Assembly: GCF_018336915.1 (NCBI RefSeq)
Contig: NZ_CP064923.1
Location: forward strand, 4,740,001-4,772,000
DNA length: 32,000 bases
Reading direction: 5' to 3'
DNA from: Acaryochloris marina S15
Lineage (GTDB): Bacteria; Cyanobacteriota; Cyanobacteriia; Thermosynechococcales; Thermosynechococcaceae
In this document: positions 20,035 through 27,192 of the stretch, one piece after another
How the letters are laid out: each line of letters starts with the position of its first letter
How positions within the stretch are numbered: the first letter of the stretch is position 1
Notes under the pieces: generated by a model
Seen by the model: only the letters and a program-made list of their open reading frames with translations
Databases searched by the model: none
Told to the model about the DNA's origin: nothing
Position numbers and translations under genes: made by a program

Positions 20035-20579
20035 TGGTCAGAATTTACGGTAACCGTCAGATTAAAACCCTGCCAGGCTTACAAACCCGCCCAACCACCG
20101 CACGGGTGCGAGAAGCCTTATTTAATCGTTGGCAACATCATCTCCAGGGCTGCCATTGGCTAGACCTCTGTGCTGGTAGTGGCTCCATGGGGGCCGAAGC
20201 CCTTTGCCGAGAAGCCGCAGTGGTCTATGGAATTGAACAGGCAGGAGAGGCTTGCCGCATCATCCGCCAGAACTGGCAGTCCGTAGCCAACCCACCTCAA
20301 ACATTTCAAGTTCTGCGAGGAGATGTTGTCAAACGGCTAGCTAAATTGCAAGGCCAGTCCTTCGATCGGATTTATTTTGATCCCCCCTATGATGGCGGTT
20401 TATATGAAGCGGTACTGGATGCGATCGCAACGTATAACCTCCTCCAAGCAACTGGAGAACTTGCTGTCGAACACCGTCCCCAGCAGCCCTTTTCTATTCC
20501 CACAGCCTTCCAAATCAGTCATGCACGCGTCTATGGCAACACGGCCCTAACCTTTTTCCAGGTCACGCAGCCTTCATAA
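20034..20579 (+). CDS. rsmD: 16S rRNA (guanine966-N2)-methyltransferase
   Basis: 181 aa. RIYGNRQIKTLPGLQTRPTTARVREALFN..LDLCAGSGSMGAEAL..IYFDPPY matches RsmD (SAM-binding motif I and the DPPY motif). Confidence 0.88.
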   Translation: MVRIYGNRQIKTLPGLQTRPTTARVREALFNRWQHHLQGCHWLDLCAGSGSMGAEALCREAAVVYGIEQAGEACRIIRQNWQSVANPPQTFQVLRGDVVKRLAKLQGQSFDRIYFDPPYDGGLYEAVLDAIATYNLLQATGELAVEHRPQQPFSIPTAFQISHARVYGNTALTFFQVTQPS

Positions 20580-20582
20580 ACA

Positions 20583-20614
20583 AAATCAGAGAGATGGGCT
20601 CATCTCTCTGATTT
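20583..20614. terminator. Intrinsic terminator hairpin between convergent rsmD and petG, better suited to petG
   Basis: aaatcagagagatg-ggct-catctctctgattt. A 14-bp perfect stem with a 4-nt loop. On the minus strand it is followed by TTTTGTTTAT; on the plus strand by only TTT. Confidence 0.7.
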
Positions 20615-20674
20615 ACAGGTAACAAATATTGTGGACAGCTCAACAGAGCTGTTTTCCTCGAGGCTTAACAAACT

Positions 20675-20785
20675 TTAGCCAACCTCTTCTCCACGCTTGT
20701 ATTGTTGCCATGCAGCGACAAATAGTCCAGCTAGAGTCACTGGAACTAGGCCAAGTACAATACCTGCTAACAGAGGTTCTACCAC
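20675..20785 (-). CDS. petG: Cytochrome b6-f complex subunit 5 (PetG), 36 aa
   Basis: Not in the ORF track (under 60 aa). My minus-strand translation from GTG 20783-20785 is (M)[35 protein letters not shown], then TAA at 20675-20677. AAGGAG lies 8 nt upstream (20794-20799). The sequence closely resembles PetG as I remember it (MxEPLLxGIVLGLxxVTLAGLFxAAYxQYKR). Confidence 0.9.
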   Translation of the reverse strand: MVEPLLAGIVLGLVPVTLAGLFVAAWQQYKRGEEVG

Positions 20786-20838
20786 GGTGATAACTCCTTT
20801 GTGTACGCGTTAAAACAGCGTCTGAATCGTCCTTCCCT

Positions 20839-20867
20839 ACTCTAGTAACCTTTGGGAACCTTGACAA
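20839..20867 (-). promoter_or_regulatory. Candidate sigma70-type promoter for petG
   Basis: The minus strand reads TTGTCA (20862-20867), a 17-nt spacer, then TAGAGT (20839-20844), about 55 nt upstream of the petG start. This is a sequence match only. Confidence 0.35.
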
Positions 20868-21069
20868 GCGAATGCTCATTATTCCTTAGTTAAAGCATTT
20901 TTCAAATCTATTCATACGGGTTGTTATCATAGGGAAAATATCCAAACTTTAAATGCGATCAGAAATTGAAACAACCTACTTTTTGATCCGTCTTGACAGT
21001 AATATCACCTTAGGCCAAGCCCCTAGGCGACCTGATTGCTGACCCATAACTACCTATTTTTACTTTTTT

Positions 21070-22527
21070 ATGAACGGCTCTTCTAATCAACTGTTTTCAA
21101 AATCATGGCAAAGACCTGGGAATCTTGCCATGATGGCTTCGGTCGCTGCCCATGGTGTTTTATTTGCTGGTCTAGCACTGGTTCCAGCAACAGGCCAGCA
21201 AACAGACAAAAAACAACTTCGAGTCGTTAGCCTTCTCAAATCTCAACCCAATCCAGGCCCTCGACCAAACCAAGCCATTGATCCAAACGCTCCACCCCCT
21301 GCACCCGGTGTAGCCGGTTTACCCCTGAACATCACCACCCCTGATGGTCTAGCTGAATTGCCCGTTACTGATACCCCCAATCCAGCATTTGACCCCTTTG
21401 CCTCTTCTATTGTTGAGTTACCTCCTCCGCCACCGCAGACTAGTTTTACCCCCTTTAATCCCAGTTCTTTAGCATCATTACCCCCGAGACGAACGCCTGC
21501 CCCACCTCAGCAAACGCCACCCCCCAGTAACTCCGGTCCATCTTTGAGTGATGAGGACTTCCAGGCATGGCTCAATGGAACCTCTGATTTACCGAATTTG
21601 CCACCGGATCCAGGATCTACAGGTCCTTTGCCTCCACCAGGCACTGCACCCGGTCCGGTTGCGAGCAATATCCCACCTGCCAACCCAGCCAATGTGGGCG
21701 GGATAGACAGTAGTGATAACCCTAACGACAGTAATTCCCTGGCCTCCTCTTCCATCGCCCCTCCGGCCCAAAGTGTAAAACGTTTTGTTGCCTACGACTA
21801 TCCCAAAGACGCCTGTCAGGATCGCTTAGAAGGTAAGGCTGAATATCGGATTTGGGTCAGCTCAAAAGCGGCTCCTGTAGTCTCCGATATTGTTCTATCT
21901 ACCAACTCGCCCATTCTCGATCGGGCGGTCCAAAATGCGGCTAAAAAATACAAAATCAAGGCCGAGGACGCCAACAAAATTGTTGTTTTACCCTTCGACA
22001 TTAAATATTCTCAATCAGTTTGTGCTGTCAAGACACCTGATCCACCTACCCCAGAACCTGTTCTACCTCCAGCCACTCCAGCTCCGACTCCCAAACCAGC
22101 AGCACCCACCAATACAGCACCTGAGACTCCTTCACCGGCGCAACCGCTTACTCCCCCTACGCCAGCAGCACCACAGCCTAATTTACCTCCGGTGAATCCA
22201 GCACAGCCTGTTCCCCCTACTGCACCTCAACCTCCAGCCCAATCAGCTCCGGCTCTGCCCCCTCAGCCAGCCCAACCCCCTGCTCCTATAGCACCAGCCC
22301 CCAGTAATCCAGTGCAGCCTGCTGTCCCCATCCAAGAGCCACCCACTAACTCAGATCTACCTCCTGAACCCGCCGCTCCGCAGCCGGCACCGGCCCCACC
22401 TACTAGTCCTCAGCCTCCGGCAGCAGCTCCACCAGCAGCGCCTAGTGCACCCGCTGCTCCAGCAGCAGCACCCATTCCATCAGCAGCACCCGCTGCCCCT
22501 CCGACAGGTGACGCTCCAGCAAATTAA
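21070..22527 (+). CDS. TonB-like energy-transducer homologue with an extra C-terminal Pro/Ala-rich tail
   Basis: 485 aa. The N-terminal TM has the S-x3-H motif (MMASVAAHGVLFAGLAL; compare E. coli TonB SVCIH). A Pro-rich spacer precedes a TonB_C-like module (YDYPKDACQDRLEGKAEYRIWVSS..VLSTNSPILDRAVQNAAKKYKI). About 165 aa of P/A/Q/T low complexity follow to the C-terminus. Confidence 0.7.
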   Translation: MNGSSNQLFSKSWQRPGNLAMMASVAAHGVLFAGLALVPATGQQTDKKQLRVVSLLKSQPNPGPRPNQAIDPNAPPPAPGVAGLPLNITTPDGLAELPVTDTPNPAFDPFASSIVELPPPPPQTSFTPFNPSSLASLPPRRTPAPPQQTPPPSNSGPSLSDEDFQAWLNGTSDLPNLPPDPGSTGPLPPPGTAPGPVASNIPPANPANVGGIDSSDNPNDSNSLASSSIAPPAQSVKRFVAYDYPKDACQDRLEGKAEYRIWVSSKAAPVVSDIVLSTNSPILDRAVQNAAKKYKIKAEDANKIVVLPFDIKYSQSVCAVKTPDPPTPEPVLPPATPAPTPKPAAPTNTAPETPSPAQPLTPPTPAAPQPNLPPVNPAQPVPPTAPQPPAQSAPALPPQPAQPPAPIAPAPSNPVQPAVPIQEPPTNSDLPPEPAAPQPAPAPPTSPQPPAAAPPAAPSAPAAPAAAPIPSAAPAAPPTGDAPAN

Positions 22528-22601
22528 TTTGGGAAAGACAACAAGTTCCGTCAAGGTTGGGAATATGTTCAGACGTTGGTAAGGCTCGTTCAGACAGAAT
22601 T

Positions 22602-23066
22602 TCAGCCAACGACTTCAATCCTGCCCACCATGCCTGCTTCGGTATGGCCTGGGACCGTACATCGAAGTGAATAGATACCAGAGCGCAGTGGAACAAACAC
22701 CCACTCTGCTTCAGTATTGGCTCTTAATTCTAATTCGTGAATTGCACCTTTAATTTCTACATTCCCAGCATCAACTTTTTGTGACCAAATCCCATCTGCA
22801 AAATCTTTAGCGGTGAAGTAGTGCTTTTGGTCACTAGGGTTGCTTAAGTGCAGGTTATAGCGACGACCCGGTTCAAATTGCAGATCATCGGGGAAAAATT
22901 GCAAGGCTCCTGCCTCATTTCCCAATGCAACATATACATCAACAGCAGGTTGTTTTGCTAAATTGGTTGCTGCAATTCCTGCCCCAGAACAGCCAAATAT
23001 CGTACCCATTGTGAGAAGTGTAACGACGACCAAGGCCAGAACTGTTTGACGAAATCCATGATTCAT
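22602..23066 (-). CDS. Cupredoxin-fold (type-1 blue copper-like) putative lipoprotein
   Basis: 154 aa. Signal peptide with lipobox-like IFGC. The C-terminal C-TVPG-H-TEAG-M spacing (Cys-x4-His-x4-Met) plus an upstream His (QKHYF) form a plausible T1Cu ligand set. A strong AGGAGA SD lies 8 nt upstream. Confidence 0.7.
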   Translation of the reverse strand: MNHGFRQTVLALVVVTLLTMGTIFGCSGAGIAATNLAKQPAVDVYVALGNEAGALQFFPDDLQFEPGRRYNLHLSNPSDQKHYFTAKDFADGIWSQKVDAGNVEIKGAIHELELRANTEAEWVFVPLRSGIYSLRCTVPGHTEAGMVGRIEVVG

Positions 23067-23210
23067 AGCGTGTCTCCTAAAAAGAATGGAGATCGATAGC
23101 CGATCGCATTCAAATGCGGCTTTGAATGCAATTATATCGCCGCGCCATAAACTATTCCTAGTCTCCTTCTAAAAGAACTACCATTTATCTTATTAAAGAA
23201 ATAAAATGCG

Positions 23211-23246
23211 TAATTCATAGCAGCCTCAAAGAATTGCTATGAATTA
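23211..23246 (-). terminator. Intrinsic terminator after the DUF1295-like gene
   Basis: taattcatagca-(12-nt loop)-tgctatgaatta forms a 12-bp stem. On the minus strand it is followed by ACGCATTTTATTTCTTT. It starts 3 nt after the stop at 23249. Confidence 0.6.
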
Positions 23247-23248
23247 AA

Positions 23249-23905
23249 TTAGACTTTAGCTACATCTTTGGAAGTGGGGTACTTTTTCCCAAAGAGTTTT
23301 GGCCAAAACAAGCCCGTATTTTCTCGATACTGTTCAAAGTCTGCATATCGCGATAGAGAGCGATCTTTTTTGAGCATATTGGGAATAAAAACAGCCCCAA
23401 AAAACCCGCCAAGGATGACAAAAGGCAACCAATGCATTGTCAACATGGCAAAGGATATATAAATAAATATTTCACCCAAATAGTTAGGGTTCCGACAACG
23501 AGCAAAAAAGCCTTCAGTAATCAATCTCGGTTGATACTTGAGAATGAAATATTTTTGAGCATCACTCCCAAAGTGGAGAAATACGCCAGCAATATTAAGT
23601 GCTATAGCACCAGCTATTAAAGGCACAGTCGGTTCAATACGACGACTTATTAAAATGTATGGGGCAATCCAATATAGACTGATGAGTCCAAATCCCAGCA
23701 AGTGAATTGGCCAGGGAAATTGCTGTTCCCATTGTTTATCGGGAAACAGCTGATCTTTTAATAACCACAGCAACCCATAGGTGCCATGCAAGACCAGATA
23801 AACCCAAGCCCCTAGCATGAAGTTTTGATAAACCAGCATCAAGCCCAGGATAAATATGAAGGTCGTTCCTTTATGAAGATTGATGCAATGCTTGATCTTC
23901 ATCAT
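23249..23905 (-). CDS. Polytopic membrane protein of the DUF1295 / ICMT-like methyltransferase (steroid-reductase-like) superfamily
   Basis: 218 aa with about 5-6 TM segments. The conserved C-terminal motif is FFARCRNPNYLGEIFIYISFA (RxxNPNYxGE). The gene is noticeably AT-rich compared with its neighbours. Confidence 0.7.
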   Translation of the reverse strand: MMKIKHCINLHKGTTFIFILGLMLVYQNFMLGAWVYLVLHGTYGLLWLLKDQLFPDKQWEQQFPWPIHLLGFGLISLYWIAPYILISRRIEPTVPLIAGAIALNIAGVFLHFGSDAQKYFILKYQPRLITEGFFARCRNPNYLGEIFIYISFAMLTMHWLPFVILGGFFGAVFIPNMLKKDRSLSRYADFEQYRENTGLFWPKLFGKKYPTSKDVAKV

Positions 23906-24486
23906 TTCCCCCTTCTAATAATGGGTGAGCCTTTGCCGACCAACTTACATTTCTCAGCTACTCAAATTGATGCTGGGAATGCAGTCTTTCCACCAAGTTA
24001 TCATTAACCCAAAAGCCAAAAAATATTGCTGCATTGGTATAAAAAGGATACTGACCTAAGATGCACCCAAGCCTACAGATGCAGACAGTATTGAGATTCC
24101 TATAGCCATCGTTTTTGAGCTACTAGATTTCAGTATTGGCAGTTTACTGCTCAATTAAATCAGTGCGTAGCTATGACTTCTCACTTGGCCTTTATTTCCT
24201 CCGAAATAGGCACTCAAATACTGATTAAGCGAATCGCTTAAAGGTCTCATCACGAAGTTCACCGCCCCAGAACTAGGTTCACTGATGTGTGGGCTGTTGA
24301 GGTCGAGGGAATCGTTGGTTACAGCCCATCTTCTGAACTAGCAGTGGTGTTAGCAATCTAGGTTCCGGAGGCGTTGGAGTACACGATAAGTTACCTTCCA
24401 AATTTACTCCCTCGCCAACACTGATGGACCGTGGTGGAGGCAGACTAGCTTCTTCCAGCAGATGAGGGGGAAGCATTGTCAAAACA

Positions 24487-24642
24487 CTAATTAGCAACTC
24501 TGACAACTTGTAAATTAGAATTTTTCTGGCCTTTGCCTTCTAATGTCTGTGACAAGTCTTGGAACAAGATGAACGCAACTGTACCAGACAAGGTAAAGGT
24601 ACTTAGCATTAGTGTGATTAGACTCAAATGAATAACTTTCAT
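24487..24642 (-). CDS. Candidate small membrane or secreted peptide (51 aa), hypothetical
   Basis: An internal ATG of the 80-aa track ORF is preceded by GGGAGA at 8 nt. It reads MKVIHLSLITLMLSTFTLSGTVAFILFQDLSQTLEGKGQKNSNLQVVRVAN. I recognise no homology, and it lies in an AT-rich gene-poor region. Confidence 0.3.
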   Translation of the reverse strand: MKVIHLSLITLMLSTFTLSGTVAFILFQDLSQTLEGKGQKNSNLQVVRVAN

Positions 24643-24973
24643 AGATTGATTCTCCCAAGGTATGTCAGTCCCCCTCACTTGACATTCAATATAGCTACCC
24701 ATTTGAAACCCCAATATGACTGCCCTCACGCAGCCAGGAGATCTTGATCACGACTCGATCGGCCGAGGAGAGACCGTCCCATCATGTTCTATCAGCTTGC
24801 TTGACGCAGTCAACAATCAATCGTTCCATCACTATTGAGACAAAATTGAGACAAAATTCATTAGATCGCCTCAGCTAGCAGTACGGTATTGCACTAAAAA
24901 CTATCTCAGAATCTTCAAGCAAATCTGCCTCAATCGATACACTAAAGAGAATTAACGTCAGTATTGAACCCCT

Positions 24974-26764
24974 ATGACTGAAGTCCTCGATTCAATTGCT
25001 CAAGTCAATACACTTGCCTCGACGAGGCTTCGGTATGAAGTGGCGATGCCTGATCCGGCATCTCATCTCTTTGAGATCACACTTCATTGCTCGGTAGGGA
25101 CTGACCACACCTTAGATTTAAAGTTGCCTGTCTGGACCCCAGGCTCATACCTAGTTCGGGAATATGCGAAACATCTACAAGATTTCTCGGCAGTAGATGA
25201 TCAAGAAGCCCCTGTAAGCTGGCAAAAAATCAGCAAGAATCATTGGCAGATCCAATCACCAGAAGCCGATACAGTCAAAATTCACTACCGTATCTTTGCC
25301 CATGAATTGACGGTCCGCACCAATCATTTGGATGCTAGCCATGGCTACTTCAATCCAGGGGCCATGTTTTTCTATGTCCCAGGGAGAGAACAAGATGCGA
25401 TCGCAATCACGATTCATCCTCCAGATCCCACCTGGCAAGTCACAACTGCACTAGACCCATTACCAGACCAGCCGCTCACCTTCCTAGCCAAAAACTTTGA
25501 TACCCTGGTCGATAGCCCATTTGAGATTGGTAGCCATCACATCTATGACTTTGAGGTGCTAGAGAAGCCTCATCAGCTAGCGATTTGGGGAGCCGGAAAC
25601 TACGACGCAGACCAAATCATAGCGGATACGAAAAAAATCATTGAAGTCGAAGCCAAGCTTTTTGGCGGATTACCCTATGATCGATATTTTTTCCTCCTCC
25701 ATGTTTCAGCCAAAGGGTACGGGGGGCTAGAACATCACAACTGCTGCTCATTACTCTATTCCCGGTTCGGGTTTCGTAAACCTGACTCCTATAACCGCTT
25801 TATGGGACTGGTTGCCCATGAGTTTTTTCATCTTTGGAATGTCAAGCGGCTTCGCCCTCAAGCCCTACATCCCTTCGACTATGACCAGGAAAACTATACG
25901 GATGCCCTTTGGTTTTGTGAGGGCGTAACCAGTTTCTATGATCTGATTCTTCCGTATCGAGCCGGTATTTATGACGCTCAGTTCTATCTAAAACTGCTGT
26001 CAGAATCCATTACACGCCTCCAATCCATTCCAGGACGGCACACCCAGTCCTTAACAGAGTCTAGTTTTGACACTTGGATTAAACTCTATCGTCCCCATGC
26101 CAACTCTCGGAACTGTCAGGTTTCTTATTACCTTAAGGGCGAGATTGTCTCTCTCCTCCTTGACTTACAGATTCGCCAACAGCATCAGAACCAACGGTCT
26201 TTAGATGACGTGATGCTCCATCTTTGGCAAACCTATGGCCAGAAAGATTTAGGCTATTCCCGAGAGCAGATCCTTGAAGGGATTGAGTCCATTGCAGAGA
26301 TGGACCTGACTCAGTTTTGGCAAAAGTATCTAGATGGGACCGTGGAATTACCCTATGAGGAATTCTTGAATCCATTTGGATTGGAAGTGGTGGCTGATTT
26401 TGGAGAGTCCCCATTTCCTTATCATGGCCTAACCCTCAGCAGCCAATCCGGGAAAACCCTGATCAAATTTGTCGATATTGCTTCACCAGCCCAAATGGCA
26501 GGGCTACAAGCGGGGGATGAACTATTGGCCTTAGATGGTTTTCGCGTCCAGGCTGATCAGTTAGAGCAACGCTTGCAAGACTATCAAAGGGGTGATGCAG
26601 TCTCCATCACCCTATTTCATGATGATCAGCTCACCACCCATCGTCTTACCTTAAGTGAACCTAGGCCCAAATCCTATAGGGTCCAACCCATTACAACTCC
26701 CACCGATCAACAGAGAACAAATTTCCGTCAATGGCTGGGCATTGAGTTAGTAGAACTGACGTAA
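24974..26764 (+). CDS. M61 family metallopeptidase (glycyl aminopeptidase-like) with a C-terminal PDZ domain
   Basis: 596 aa. It has the zinc motif VAHEFFHLWNVKRLRP (HExxH in the M61 context) and a C-terminal PDZ-like segment (IASPAQMAGLQAGDELLALDGFRV). Confidence 0.88.
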   Translation: MTEVLDSIAQVNTLASTRLRYEVAMPDPASHLFEITLHCSVGTDHTLDLKLPVWTPGSYLVREYAKHLQDFSAVDDQEAPVSWQKISKNHWQIQSPEADTVKIHYRIFAHELTVRTNHLDASHGYFNPGAMFFYVPGREQDAIAITIHPPDPTWQVTTALDPLPDQPLTFLAKNFDTLVDSPFEIGSHHIYDFEVLEKPHQLAIWGAGNYDADQIIADTKKIIEVEAKLFGGLPYDRYFFLLHVSAKGYGGLEHHNCCSLLYSRFGFRKPDSYNRFMGLVAHEFFHLWNVKRLRPQALHPFDYDQENYTDALWFCEGVTSFYDLILPYRAGIYDAQFYLKLLSESITRLQSIPGRHTQSLTESSFDTWIKLYRPHANSRNCQVSYYLKGEIVSLLLDLQIRQQHQNQRSLDDVMLHLWQTYGQKDLGYSREQILEGIESIAEMDLTQFWQKYLDGTVELPYEEFLNPFGLEVVADFGESPFPYHGLTLSSQSGKTLIKFVDIASPAQMAGLQAGDELLALDGFRVQADQLEQRLQDYQRGDAVSITLFHDDQLTTHRLTLSEPRPKSYRVQPITTPTDQQRTNFRQWLGIELVELT

Positions 26765-26846
26765 TTTTTGACCCAGAGTAAGGATGTTAAACCCCAAAAA
26801 AACTTGGGAATGCTAAAGACATATGAACGAAAACTTGCGTCTCCTG

Positions 26847-26887
26847 TACCCCTTTGTCGCTTGGTGTGGACTAAGGGGTATTTTATT
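26847..26887 (+). terminator. Probable intrinsic terminator of the M61 peptidase gene
   Basis: tacccctt..(gtc/gac inner pairs)..aaggggta followed by TTTTATT, about 85 nt after the stop codon. Confidence 0.5.
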
Positions 26888-27017
26888 GCCCGCAGACAAT
26901 CTTTCACGGCATCTTCACCATTAGTTGCTAATTTAATTCCAGAGATAAGCAAACCCTTTAAACCTCACTAGCACGTAATAGGTTGTCATCACCATATGCG
27001 TGCATTCCAACAAACTC

Positions 27018-27040
27018 GCCCCCAGTCGGGGGCATTTTAT
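27018..27040 (+). terminator. Second, orphan intrinsic terminator in the convergent spacer
   Basis: gccccc-agtc-gggggc followed by ATTTTATTTG. On the other strand it is preceded by an A-rich run, so it may work bidirectionally. No annotated gene ends here. Confidence 0.55.
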
Positions 27041-27135
27041 TTGCTTATTTTTACTTACGCGGTGATACGAATCACACTTATCATTCCGTAATGACACTCA
27101 GGTAATTACTAAAACCAAAAAGTTAGGATGAAATT

Positions 27136-27176
27136 GCCTCAGGGGAACTCTTCGGAGTTATCACCCCCCCTGGGGC
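27136..27176 (-). terminator. Structured hairpin just downstream of the Hsp70-like gene (candidate terminator)
   Basis: An outer stem gcctcagggg/cccctggggc encloses an inner aactc-TTCG-gagtt stem. On the minus strand it lies 17 nt after the stop and is followed by AATTTCATCCTAACTTTTTGGTTTT. Confidence 0.4.
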
Positions 27177-27192
27177 ATTGGTATGTTTAGCC

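Noticed and set aside
20640-20879. 79-aa minus-strand ORF (MSIRLSRFPKVTRVGKDDSD...)
   Set aside because: Its composition is implausible and it has no SD. It overlaps the much better supported petG reading frame, SD and promoter in a different frame, and it would run through the petG promoter.
21507-22195. Several 60-101-aa ORFs (both strands) inside the Pro-rich gene
   Set aside because: CCN/GCN-rich low-complexity DNA keeps alternative frames open. The TonB-like frame has the TM anchor, the S-x3-H motif and the TonB_C-like module.
24037-24051. GTAT-N7-ATAC inverted repeat resembling an NtcA site
   Set aside because: NtcA sites are GTA-N8-TAC, whereas here the spacing is GTA-N9-TAC. There is no appropriately placed -10 box or downstream gene.
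24279-24506. 75-aa minus-strand ORF (MSELLISVLTMLPPHLLEEASLPPPRS...) considered as a possible peptide-precursor gene
   Set aside because: It has a non-ATG start, no SD and no recognisable leader or core motif, and no modifying enzymes are nearby. It is retained only as part of the description of the AT-rich patch.
26768-26971. 67-aa plus-strand ORF immediately after the M61 peptidase stop
   Set aside because: It has a non-ATG start and no SD. It contains the 26847-26887 terminator hairpin, so it is more likely 3' UTR. The antisense 74-aa ORF (26728-26952) overlaps the peptidase stop and looks equally artificial.
26996-27091. 31-codon ORF MRAFQQTRPQSGAFYLLIFTYAVIRITLIIP with a hydrophobic C-terminus (type-I-toxin-like idea)
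   Set aside because: It has no SD. The GC hairpin and T-run terminator at 27018-27040 lie inside it, so a transcript would usually end before the stop codon. It is kept only as a remote alternative to the sRNA idea.
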